Positions 20,745 through 29,426 of a stretch of DNA of 64,000 bases are shown in pieces. Within the stretch, counting starts at the first letter, position 1, and each line of letters starts with the position of its first letter. The position numbers were made by a program, and so were the translations under genes. The notes beneath the pieces are model-generated. The model was not told where the DNA came from. It saw nothing but the letters and a program-made list of their open reading frames with translations, and made no database searches. Source of the stretch: an uncultured Candidatus Saccharibacteria bacterium (GTDB lineage Bacteria; Patescibacteriota; Minisyncoccia; Phycocordibacterales; Phycocordibacteraceae); the NCBI GenBank assembly GCA_964595305.1, contig CAZQPW010000001.1, forward strand, positions 9,722 to 73,721, in the 5' to 3' direction.

Positions 20745-20766
20745 ATATGCTATTGTACCAAGCATA

Positions 20767-21714
20767 ATGAGCTTTTGGAAGTCTCTAGATACACCCATAT
20801 TGGCGTTGGCTCCAATGGCCGATGTAACCGATCCTGCATACCGCAGGCTTATTGCAGAGTTTGCACGAACACCATATGTAACGTGGACTGAATTTGTCTC
20901 GGCAGACGGGCTAGCCCGTGCACCAGAAGTAGGGAGGAAAAAACTTTTAGCAGACCTTCAGTTTTCTGAAAAGGAACACCCAATCGTAGCTCAATTTTTC
21001 ACTTCGATACCAGAACACATGGAGGCAGCAGCAGCGCTCGCTCGAGAGCTTGGTTTCGACGGGGTTGACATCAACATGGGGTGTCCCGACAAAAGTATCG
21101 AGAAACAGGGTGCTGGTGCTGCGCTAATTCGCACCCCAGAGAGGGCGCAAGAACTCGTTGCTGCCGCAAAGGCAGGTGCGAAGGGGTTGCCCGTTTCAGT
21201 AAAAACTCGTTTAGGGTATAACACCGACGAGCTTGAGCGCTGGCTTCCTCAACTACTTGCAGCAGGACCTGCCGTAGTTACTATCCATGCGCGCACACGG
21301 AAAGAAATGTCACTCGTACCTGCACGTTGGGAGCGGGTGCAAAGGGCAGTTATGATTCGAGATGAAATGAACAGTGATACTCTCATTTTCGGTAATGGAG
21401 ATTTAAGAGACCTTGATGATGCAAAAAATAAGTGCGCCGAAACCGGTGCAGACGGAGCAATGCTTGGCAGAGCAATTTTTGGTAACCCATGGTTATTTGG
21501 CGAAGCCCCAAGTGTCGCTGAGCGCTTGACGGTGCTTGCACGCCATTGCGCGCTTTTTGAAGAACTGCTACCACACAAAAGTTTCTCTATAATGAAAAAG
21601 CATTTTAAGTCGTATACTTCGGGGCTCGACGGTGCAGCCGAATTGCGAAGCAAGTTAATGCATGCTGAAAATGCTGCAGCCGTTGCTGCTATACTAAAAA
21701 CATATGTCGCATAG
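20767..21714 (+). CDS. dus: tRNA-dihydrouridine synthase
   Basis: LAPMADVTD, DINMGCP, SVKTRLG, HART, GNGD, GAMLGR. Confidence 0.93.
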   Translation: MSFWKSLDTPILALAPMADVTDPAYRRLIAEFARTPYVTWTEFVSADGLARAPEVGRKKLLADLQFSEKEHPIVAQFFTSIPEHMEAAAALARELGFDGVDINMGCPDKSIEKQGAGAALIRTPERAQELVAAAKAGAKGLPVSVKTRLGYNTDELERWLPQLLAAGPAVVTIHARTRKEMSLVPARWERVQRAVMIRDEMNSDTLIFGNGDLRDLDDAKNKCAETGADGAMLGRAIFGNPWLFGEAPSVAERLTVLARHCALFEELLPHKSFSIMKKHFKSYTSGLDGAAELRSKLMHAENAAAVAAILKTYVA

Positions 21715-22732
21715 CGCTTTGTATAGAACATATAGACCGCAAAAGTTTTCTGAAGTGGTTGGCCAGGATGACGTTGTTGCTGCATTGAGTGGTGCACTAA
21801 AAGACGAAGAGCCAAGCCACGCGTATCTTTTTTACGGCACACGCGGAACTGGGAAAACGAGCGTGGCACGCATTTTCGCTAGCGAACTTGGTGCAAAGGA
21901 GGAGGATATCCACGAGATAGATGCAGCTTCCTATACAGGTGTAGATAATATTCGCGCGCTTCGTGAAGAGGCGGCAGTAATGCCGTTCGCAAGCGAGCGT
22001 AAGGTGTACATTGTTGATGAAGTGCACATGCTCTCACGCTCGGCATTCAATGCATTTTTAAAACTTCTCGAAGAGCCACCAGCACACGTTGTGTTCATCC
22101 TTGCTACTACCGAACTTGAGAAGGTTCCGGACACAATTCTATCTCGCTGCCAAGTTTTTACTTTCCGTCAGCCTACGGTGTCTGCCTTAGTTACTGTAAT
22201 TTCTCGTGTGGCGAAAGCCGAAAAGTATGAGCTCCAAAAGGGAGCTGCTGAGCTCGTAGCATTGGTTGCGCGCGGATCGTTTCGTGATGCACTTTCACAT
22301 TTGCAAAAAGTATTTTCAACCAGCGATAAAAAAGTAACCGAAGATGATGTGGCACGTATACTCGGTGCTCCTCGTTTTACTACTGTTGCTGCAATCCTTA
22401 ATTCATTTCATACGGGCGAGCCTAAGGAGGGGCTCGCTGCTCTACAGACAGCAGCAAAAGAATCAATCTCAATGGATGTATTATGCGAGCTTATTTTGGA
22501 CCGAATGCGTACGGTGCTTTTGCTCCGTTATGCTCCAGAGGTTGGCAAAGAGGCAATGAAAGACTACTCCGACGTTGAGCAAGAGTTTGTTACCACTCAT
22601 GCAAAAGATCCGCAAAGCCACATCAATTCTGAGACCCTGCGCGCATGTATAGAGGCAAGTGTTGATTCAAAACGTTCACCTATAGCTGAGCTGCCATTAG
22701 AGTTGGCGTTGATCGAGGCGACAAAGAAATAA
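21704..22732 (+). CDS. dnaX: DNA polymerase III gamma/tau, short gamma-like form
   Basis: LYR.YRPQ.F, GTRGTGKT, DEVHML, SRC. Confidence 0.95.
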   Translation: MSHSALYRTYRPQKFSEVVGQDDVVAALSGALKDEEPSHAYLFYGTRGTGKTSVARIFASELGAKEEDIHEIDAASYTGVDNIRALREEAAVMPFASERKVYIVDEVHMLSRSAFNAFLKLLEEPPAHVVFILATTELEKVPDTILSRCQVFTFRQPTVSALVTVISRVAKAEKYELQKGAAELVALVARGSFRDALSHLQKVFSTSDKKVTEDDVARILGAPRFTTVAAILNSFHTGEPKEGLAALQTAAKESISMDVLCELILDRMRTVLLLRYAPEVGKEAMKDYSDVEQEFVTTHAKDPQSHINSETLRACIEASVDSKRSPIAELPLELALIEATKK

Positions 22733-22738
22733 TAAGGT

Positions 22739-22770
22739 AACAAAACAGCCCCGTTCGGGGCTGTTTTGTT
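22739..22770. terminator. Bidirectional intrinsic terminator
   Basis: Perfect 14-bp stem AACAAAACAGCCCC-GTTC-GGGGCTGTTTTGTT between convergent dnaX and doxX-like genes. Confidence 0.9.
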
Positions 22771-22783
22771 TGCGTGGCGAGGA

Positions 22784-23230
22784 TTACATCATCCCACCTT
22801 TCTTCATTTTTTTGTCGAGGGAAAGCTCGCCCCCGCCAGTCATGATGAGGGAAAGTCCAACGAGCGCCCACAATATATTGTATTCGTAACCATACGTAGC
22901 TCCTGAGATATAAAACCCACTCGCCATATGAACGGTGACAAATGCAACTATGCCGACGATAACGACAAACTTTGATGCCCAGTGCACACAAAGTCCAATG
23001 ATAAGCAGGATACCTGCAAGTAGTTCGCCGTACGAAAGTATATATGCCATAACTTCGGGAGCAGGGATGTGTAGTGACCCCAAGAACCCTGTGACCCCCT
23101 GGATGCCGAGCACGGTTATCTTCTGCCAACCATGCATAAGGAATATAACACCAAGCCATACTCGCAAAATTGTTGGAGCGTAGCTCGCATATTTATCAAG
23201 GCACATACATTTATTAAGTTTGTCCATCAT
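22784..23230 (-). CDS. DoxX-family membrane protein
   Basis: LRVWLGVIFLMHGWQK, GELLAG, GYEY, G.G.LSLD. Confidence 0.9.
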   Translation of the reverse strand: MMDKLNKCMCLDKYASYAPTILRVWLGVIFLMHGWQKITVLGIQGVTGFLGSLHIPAPEVMAYILSYGELLAGILLIIGLCVHWASKFVVIVGIVAFVTVHMASGFYISGATYGYEYNILWALVGLSLIMTGGGELSLDKKMKKGGMM

Positions 23231-23306
23231 AGATATTAAAATACTAATTAGTAATACTACACAGTATATACCTTTTTATTCGTTTTGTGGTAAAGTTAGC
23301 ATAAAT

Positions 23307-23377
23307 TCCGGGTTCGTTTAACGGTAGGAAAGCGGCGTTTGTAGCCTTTAATTGGGGTTCGAGTCCCTGGCCCGGAA
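23307..23377 (+). tRNA. tRNA-Gln(TTG), degenerate, possibly a pseudo-tRNA
   Basis: Acceptor TCCGGGT/GCCCGGA, D-loop AACGGTA, anticodon TTG at 23339-23341, T-loop TTCGAGT; atypical G10-A25, G32, U37, C28-U42; -10-like TG-G-TAAAGT at 23288-23296. Confidence 0.7.
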
Positions 23378-23530
23378 CTAGAAACTGCTAGCGCGTGCTG
23401 CGAAGCAGTATGCGCGCCCAGTTTCTTTTCGGACAGGGACGAGAAAGCCGGAGCGCAATGAGCGTAGCGAAGCGCGAGGCGGGGTCGCGACCGAACGCAG
23501 TGAGAGTTGTGACCGAGTCCCTGGCCCGGA
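23360..23530 (+). repeat. 17-bp direct repeat of the tRNA 3' end enclosing a multi-hairpin element
   Basis: CGAGTCCCTGGCCCGGA at 23360-23376 and 23514-23530; inverted partial copy CGGACAGGGAC at 23430-23440. Confidence 0.9.
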
Positions 23531-24070
23531 GCAGACAAATCTGGTGGAAATGACCCATTCCCGTCCAAAATTGATACTAAAACGAACTCAAAAACCTCTG
23601 GAATGCGAGGTGTAAAAAAATCAATCTAGTCGTATACTTGCAGAATGTGGATTAGCAGCCCTTATCTGTTTTATGGCGTAGTGCTCTCGCTCCCATTTGC
23701 GATCGCGAACGCGCTTGTCGTGCTGAAATCGGAACTTTTCCTTTCTCTCTTACGCCCCTTCGGGACAACGACGGGATACGAGCAGGTACTCGTCCTCACC
23801 CTTATCACACTTGTCGGTGTCGGCGGCTTGGTAACATTAGTGCCGCTTTTGAGAGAAAAAAAGTTATATGTGGTAAATGCGATTATAGGAGTCGGATTTA
23901 TCATCTTCGCCCTCTTTGCCGGATATGGGCTCGGCGTCGACGTGTACCACTGCGACATCCTCAAAATTCCGAATTGCGATTAATCAGTGGGTAGAGCAGA
24001 AACTTGATCGGAATCAATCGACCCATCTCCGTCCAAAATTTCTACTCAAAGTCGCTCAAAACCCTTATGG
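23529..24070 (+). repeat. Degenerate ~70-bp direct repeat pair flanking a small membrane-protein gene
   Basis: GAGCAGA...GACCCAT(TC/CT)CCGTCCAAAATT(GA/TC)TACT(A/C)AAA....CTCAAAA.CCT at ~23529-23601 and ~23994-24070. Confidence 0.75.
23645..23983 (+). CDS. Hypothetical 3-TM protein ending in CDILKIPNCD
   Basis: Hydrophobic ORF; TATACT 6 nt upstream. Confidence 0.7.
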   Translation: MWISSPYLFYGVVLSLPFAIANALVVLKSELFLSLLRPFGTTTGYEQVLVLTLITLVGVGGLVTLVPLLREKKLYVVNAIIGVGFIIFALFAGYGLGVDVYHCDILKIPNCD

Positions 24071-24145
24071 GGCTTGGTGGCCCGGGGTTCACGACCTCTA
24101 TGGGGAACTCGTTGACAGTCTGTTTATAGATAGTAATATTCATAC

Positions 24146-24385
24146 ATGACACGAGAAAATATTCGTTTTGAGCAAGCGGTTTCATTAATTGTTCAGGCAT
24201 GCGACAAAAGTCTACCTGATCGATTCCGGCAGCGTGGGCAGAAGTGGGGTGAGGCTGTGTTTAAAGCCCTAAATCCCGGAGTACGCATAGAAGCGATGAG
24301 GGAGGCTAACAACCGCCTTGAATTGAAAGAGAAAAAACGTAGAGAAAATTTTGAAGAGTTTTATCAAGTGGACATCGGCATATGA
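24146..24385 (+). CDS. Hypothetical protein
   Basis: TTGACA-16-TAATAT promoter ending 6 nt before the ATG; ATGA overlap with the next gene. Confidence 0.6.
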   Translation: MTRENIRFEQAVSLIVQACDKSLPDRFRQRGQKWGEAVFKALNPGVRIEAMREANNRLELKEKKRRENFEEFYQVDIGI

Positions 24386-24705
24386 GCCTCGATCAGTTGA
24401 TTGAGTTCATAGTTAAGAACTATCAGTTTAACCCAACGAGATATCCTGACCTCGCAAATGGCACCGAGGCAATGAAAAAGCTTTTTCCAATAAATCACCT
24501 CGGTTTACACTTTACCGAGCAGGCAGGAAAAATTGCTGGACTACTTGAGGATGCTGGTCACGAAGGGAAGTCGCTGAACATGGACGGTCTTAAGGAGCAA
24601 GTTTATAAATCACTCATCAACACGCTCCGCCTCGCCGAACTTGTTGGCATGACTGGCATTGAGCTAGAAGAAATGGTAAAGAAAAAGTATTCAGAGCCAA
24701 GCTAG
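24382..24705 (+). CDS. Small all-alpha protein, possibly a divergent MazG-like NTP pyrophosphohydrolase
   Basis: HFTEQAGKIA...LKEQV...LRLAELVGM...LEEMVKKK resembles the MazG helix pattern, but acidic residues are partly lost. Confidence 0.45.
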   Translation: MSLDQLIEFIVKNYQFNPTRYPDLANGTEAMKKLFPINHLGLHFTEQAGKIAGLLEDAGHEGKSLNMDGLKEQVYKSLINTLRLAELVGMTGIELEEMVKKKYSEPS

Positions 24706-24709
24706 AGTT

Positions 24710-25135
24710 ATGGAGAGACCAAAGGTGGGGATAGGTGTGCAAGTTTACAAAGACGGAAAGCTCCTTCTTGGCAAACGAAAGGGCACTGGGTTTGGAGACG
24801 GCTTTTACTCCACACCAGGTGGGCATTTAGAAAATGGCGAAACATTTGAGCAGTGTGCTCGCCGCGAAGTGCGCGAAGAGGCGGGGATAGAAATTAAAAA
24901 TATCAAAATTATTTCGCTTGCGAACCTGTTCTCATCAAAAGCTCACTACGTAGATATCGGTATACACGCAGACTGGAAGTCTGGAACACCTACCGTGCTC
25001 GAGCCGGAAAAGTGTGAAGGGTGGGATTGGTACGACTTAAGAAAGTTGCCCAGACCGCTTATCGAGGGCGACAAGATGTACCTAAATGCAATTAGGACAG
25101 GCAAATGGTATGCAGGCACTAAGAGTGTAAAATAG
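24710..25135 (+). CDS. Nudix hydrolase (MutT/NUDT15-like)
   Basis: Nudix box GGHLENGETFEQCARREVREEAG; EPEKC.GW.W. Confidence 0.92.
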   Translation: MERPKVGIGVQVYKDGKLLLGKRKGTGFGDGFYSTPGGHLENGETFEQCARREVREEAGIEIKNIKIISLANLFSSKAHYVDIGIHADWKSGTPTVLEPEKCEGWDWYDLRKLPRPLIEGDKMYLNAIRTGKWYAGTKSVK

Positions 25136-25137
25136 GT

Positions 25138-25605
25138 ATGAAGAAAGAGGTTGTGTCAGCTGAACATTTTGCAATATACTTTTCACCTCATTCTGCTCAC
25201 GCGATTGTGTTTGAGGGTAAAACCTACCCTACCGTAGAGCATCTCTACCAGTGCATGAAGTTCAAAGACAGCGATGAGGTTCAACTAGAAATTCGCAGAC
25301 AGCTCAGTCCGATATTGGCTTGGGAAGTTTCGCAAAGAAATAAGAAAAAACAGCATACGTGGTTTAGACATGAGGGATACAAGCTGCGCGTGATGAAAAG
25401 TTTGTTGAGAATGAAGGTGGCACAACATGCAGATGTTAAAAAGGCCCTCCTCGCCTCAAAAGAGAAAGAGATAGTGAAGCATATAACCACATACCCACCT
25501 GGAGACGGCTTTTGGGACGACGGTGAGTCGGGGGAAGGGTTTAATAATATGGGAAAGTTGTGGATGGAAGTACGAGAAGAGATTCTTACGATGGGAATTA
25601 AATAG
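25138..25605 (+). CDS. NADAR (YbiA-like) family protein
   Basis: YPTVEHLYQ.MKF, K..QH..VK..LL.S, D.FW...G.G.N.MGKLWMEVRE. Confidence 0.88.
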   Translation: MKKEVVSAEHFAIYFSPHSAHAIVFEGKTYPTVEHLYQCMKFKDSDEVQLEIRRQLSPILAWEVSQRNKKKQHTWFRHEGYKLRVMKSLLRMKVAQHADVKKALLASKEKEIVKHITTYPPGDGFWDDGESGEGFNNMGKLWMEVREEILTMGIK

Positions 25606-25607
25606 GT

Positions 25608-26021
25608 ATGAATGAAGGCAAGAGCAAACATTTTGTAGGAGAGGTCGCGCAGAAAGCAATAGTAGAAAGCCGCGGTAAAATTTTAGTCAATAAAGGAAAG
25701 AATGATGTAATATGGGAGTTCCCAGGTGGGCGTTTGCATGATGGAGAGACTCCGGAAGAGGGGATGCGTAGAGAGTTGAGAGAAGAGTTTGGGCTCGACG
25801 TGTTTAACTTAAGACCATTTAAAGCGGTGCGATCCCTACACACTAAGTCGGGCACGTATCGAGTGCTCATCGTATATACTGCAAATTCAGCTGAGCCAAG
25901 CGCAACTCACAACGAAAATGAACTCGACGACTCAAAGTGGATTACTGCTAGCGAACTTAAGCCTCTCCCCATGTACGAAGATTGCGAAGAGGTGAAGCGA
26001 GATTATTTAAAATCGAAATAA
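25608..26021 (+). CDS. Nudix hydrolase
   Basis: WEFPGGRLHDGETPEEGMRRELREEFG. Confidence 0.9.
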   Translation: MNEGKSKHFVGEVAQKAIVESRGKILVNKGKNDVIWEFPGGRLHDGETPEEGMRRELREEFGLDVFNLRPFKAVRSLHTKSGTYRVLIVYTANSAEPSATHNENELDDSKWITASELKPLPMYEDCEEVKRDYLKSK

Positions 26022-26047
26022 ATTAGGCTTTGTGCTATAGTCAATTT

Positions 26048-26809
26048 ATGGCTGCAGAGCAGGCTGGCATTCATATTTCTTTAGCACCGTACCACTTGGG
26101 AGAGGTTTGGGGGTTACCTATCACCGCGTCGCTCACCACTGCGTGGCTAGCCGCGGGCCTCATTATTATTTTCGCGCTTTTGTTTCGAAGGGGAATTAAA
26201 GAAGTTCCGGGCAGGCTCCAAAGTGTGGTTGAAGTGGCAGTCCTCGGTGTCTATGACTACGTTAAGGGTGTACTCGAGGATGAAGTTTTGGCGCGCAGGT
26301 ATTTCCCACTCATAATGTCTATTTTCCTATTCATAGCAGTTGGTAATTTGTTGGGGCTATTGCCGTTTGTGGGTGGCTCTATAGGTTTTGAGGACCCAAC
26401 TGGTGAGCATCATGGCTTAATCCCATTGTTTTATCCTATAAACACTGACCTAAACTTAACGCTCGCGATGGCCATAGTCGCTTTTATCGCGATTGAGTTT
26501 GCAGGCATTGCCGCACTTGGTGTGTTGAAGTATGCCTCAAAATTTGTTAATCTACACTCAGCTCTCGGCTTTATCGTCGGGATCATAGAGTTGGTTAGCG
26601 AGGTTGCACGACTCATCACATTTTCGTTTCGCCTTTTCGGCAATATCTTCGCGGGCAAAGTACTAATCTTGGTAGCAATGTTCTTCCTACCATATATCTT
26701 GCCTGTGCCGCTGTTGCTGTATGAGGTGCTCGTAGGTGTGATTCAGGGCGCTGTCTTTGCTCTCCTCACGCTCTTCTTTATTAAAATCGCGGTTACAGAA
26801 CCGCACTAA
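26048..26809 (+). CDS. atpB: ATP synthase Fo subunit a
   Basis: PGRLQS..E, FSFRLFGNIFAG, IQGAVFALLT. Confidence 0.96.
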   Translation: MAAEQAGIHISLAPYHLGEVWGLPITASLTTAWLAAGLIIIFALLFRRGIKEVPGRLQSVVEVAVLGVYDYVKGVLEDEVLARRYFPLIMSIFLFIAVGNLLGLLPFVGGSIGFEDPTGEHHGLIPLFYPINTDLNLTLAMAIVAFIAIEFAGIAALGVLKYASKFVNLHSALGFIVGIIELVSEVARLITFSFRLFGNIFAGKVLILVAMFFLPYILPVPLLLYEVLVGVIQGAVFALLTLFFIKIAVTEPH

Positions 26810-27049
<240 letters not shown>

Positions 27050-27060
27050 TACTCAGGTTC

Positions 27061-27507
27061 ATGGAAGCATTAATCGGCACATTCGGAATAGATTGGCATT
27101 TGATCGTTGTTCAGATGGTCAACTTTGTGTTGGTTGTTGTTGTCCTTACTTATTTCCTTTATCGGCCACTTATACGTGCAGTTGATGCACGTACTAAAAA
27201 AATCGCTGCGGGTATCCGCGATGCTGAAGCGGCCCTTAAAACTAAGGAAGAAATCGAATCTACTCGTACAGGCATACTTGCAGAGGCGCATCATGCAGGG
27301 ACTCTTATTACTGCTCGAGCCGAAGAGCAGGCTCAAAAAGAGCGCTCGGAGCTTGTACATGCAGCTGAGGTACAGGCGCGGCACATACGTGATGATGCAG
27401 CGCGAGCAGCGGAAGAGGATGTTCGAAAATTGAAAGCTGCTGCAGAAACTGAGCTCGCAAAGTCTGCAGTACTTGCAGCTGAAAAAATATTAAGGACACG
27501 AGGATAA
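27061..27507 (+). CDS. atpF: ATP synthase Fo subunit b
   Basis: QMVNF TM helix, R..KI..G, coiled coil. Confidence 0.93.
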   Translation: MEALIGTFGIDWHLIVVQMVNFVLVVVVLTYFLYRPLIRAVDARTKKIAAGIRDAEAALKTKEEIESTRTGILAEAHHAGTLITARAEEQAQKERSELVHAAEVQARHIRDDAARAAEEDVRKLKAAAETELAKSAVLAAEKILRTRG

Positions 27508-27508
27508 T

Positions 27509-27871
27509 ATGCGTACACTCGTTTCAGACTACAGCGCTCTTTTGAAAGGCACGTCAATACAAGCTGATGCGCTACTCGCGTACATGAAGAAACGAGGGCA
27601 CCTCTCGCTCCTCACACAAATCATAAAAGAGCTCGAGCGTGCCCCTGTAAAGAAAGATGCGGTGGTGAAAGTCGCAGCGGCGCACGATGCAGAAAGATAC
27701 GCTAAGCAAATCGCATCTCATTTGAGCGCCCACAATACAAACGACTATGCTGTTGAGGTTGATGAAAAAATAGTTGGCGGGTACGAAGTTTCTGTTGGCG
27801 AGACACTGTATGACAATACGTTTAGAAGCGCGCTCGTTTCAATTTATAAAAATGCAGTTTTACAAAAATAA
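27509..27871 (+). CDS. atpH: ATP synthase delta subunit, short form
   Basis: Operon position; VDEKIVGG...VG...YD C-terminal motif. Confidence 0.85.
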   Translation: MRTLVSDYSALLKGTSIQADALLAYMKKRGHLSLLTQIIKELERAPVKKDAVVKVAAAHDAERYAKQIASHLSAHNTNDYAVEVDEKIVGGYEVSVGETLYDNTFRSALVSIYKNAVLQK

Positions 27872-27874
27872 ATT

Positions 27875-29425
27875 ATGAACTCTGACATCATCCAAAGGCT
27901 GAAGAAAGAAATTGAGTCGCTCGGAACTGAGAGTGTACATTCGGGTACAGGCATCGTGCGCACGGTAGGCGACGGAATTGTCGAAATCGAAGGACTTTCG
28001 GGTGCCTCAATGTCAGAGATGATAGTTTTTGATGAATCGAGTGCACTTTCTCTTAAAGATGCACTCGAGAGGCCTGATGCGCTGTACGGGCTTATCCTAA
28101 ACCTTGAAGAGGCTGGTGTTAAGGCTATCGTGCTAGGCAATACTGCGCGGTTGGTTGAAGGTATGCGTGTATATGGTACAGGTAAGCTTCTCACTGTGCC
28201 TGTCGGAGAGGCGTTTGTTGGTCGTGTGGTTGATACACTTGGTAACCCCGTTGATGGCAAAGGAGCTATCAAATCGTCAGCCTCATATCCAGTTGAACGA
28301 GAAGCATATGGCGTTATTGATCGCTCTAGTGTTAATACTCCTCTCCACACAGGTATAAAGGCTATTGACTCGCTTATTCCCATTGGTCGTGGTCAACGAG
28401 AGCTTATCATTGGTGACCGCGGTACAGGTAAAACGGCTGTTGCCGTAGACGCAATTCTAAACCAATTAAACGAGCCTGAAGGTACACGTCCAATTTGCAT
28501 TTATGTTGCAATTGGTCAAAAAGAAAGTAAGACGGCTCGTATTGTTGGCTTGCTTACAGAGCGCGGTGCAATGGCGTACTCGATTGTGGTAACGGCTTCT
28601 GCGTCGGCACCCGCAGCCCTCCAGTTTCTTGCTCCTTATGCAGGAGTGGCAATGGCAGAATATTTTATGGAGAAAGGGAAGGACGTGCTCATAGTGTACG
28701 ATGATCTTTCAAAGCAAGCTGTTGCATACCGTCAACTTTCGCTTCTCTTGCGACGACCGCCGGGCCGCGAGGCATATCCAGGAGACATTTTCTACCTCCA
28801 CTCACGCCTCCTTGAGCGCGCAGCAAAACTAAGTAAGGAAAAGGGTGGAGGTTCTATCACCGCGCTACCAATCATCGAAACACAAGAGAACGATGTTTCG
28901 GCTTACATTCCAACAAACGTAATTTCGATTACTGATGGCCAAATGTTCCTTGAGTCAGATCTGTTTAACAAGGGAACTAGACCTGCAATCAACGTGGGTA
29001 TTTCTGTTTCTCGTGTTGGAGGTGCCGCACAAACAAAAGCTATGAAAAAAGTTGCTGGCCGCATTAAGTTGGACCTTGCACAGTTTCGTGAGCTCGAGGC
29101 GTTCATGCAGTTTTCGCAGGACCTTGACCCTGAAACTAAAAAGCGAATCGATTCCGGCAGAAGGCTCACCGCTATTCTCAATCAAGACAAGTACTCGCCA
29201 ATTCCGTTTGAGCGCCAGGTCGTTGCCATCTTTGCAGCAACCAATGGTTACTTTGATGCGTTTGATGCAGCAAGAATGCTAGAGCTGGAAAGGGGGCTTG
29301 TCTCCTACCTCGATCGCGAGGCGCCTAAAGTGCTCTCTATGATACGCGACGAGCGAGCAATCAGTGACGAGTGCGAAAAGGAACTTCGAGCCGCTATCCA
29401 AAGCTTTGTGGCGACAGTTAAATAA
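27875..29425 (+). CDS. atpA: ATP synthase F1 alpha subunit
   Basis: [27 protein letters not shown]. Confidence 0.99.
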   Translation: MNSDIIQRLKKEIESLGTESVHSGTGIVRTVGDGIVEIEGLSGASMSEMIVFDESSALSLKDALERPDALYGLILNLEEAGVKAIVLGNTARLVEGMRVYGTGKLLTVPVGEAFVGRVVDTLGNPVDGKGAIKSSASYPVEREAYGVIDRSSVNTPLHTGIKAIDSLIPIGRGQRELIIGDRGTGKTAVAVDAILNQLNEPEGTRPICIYVAIGQKESKTARIVGLLTERGAMAYSIVVTASASAPAALQFLAPYAGVAMAEYFMEKGKDVLIVYDDLSKQAVAYRQLSLLLRRPPGREAYPGDIFYLHSRLLERAAKLSKEKGGGSITALPIIETQENDVSAYIPTNVISITDGQMFLESDLFNKGTRPAINVGISVSRVGGAAQTKAMKKVAGRIKLDLAQFRELEAFMQFSQDLDPETKKRIDSGRRLTAILNQDKYSPIPFERQVVAIFAATNGYFDAFDAARMLELERGLVSYLDREAPKVLSMIRDERAISDECEKELRAAIQSFVATVK

Positions 29426-29426
29426 C

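Noticed and set aside
23378-23513. Group I or other intron in the tRNA
   Set aside because: The cloverleaf is complete before the insert, which lies between duplicated 3' ends; I saw no group I core motifs.
23296-23568. 90-aa minus-strand ORF
   Set aside because: It is antisense to the tRNA and the GC-rich hairpins, so the open frame is probably incidental.
23360-26021. Prophage or autonomous integrative element
   Set aside because: No integrase, transposase or phage structural gene, and no distal tRNA-end repeat was seen.
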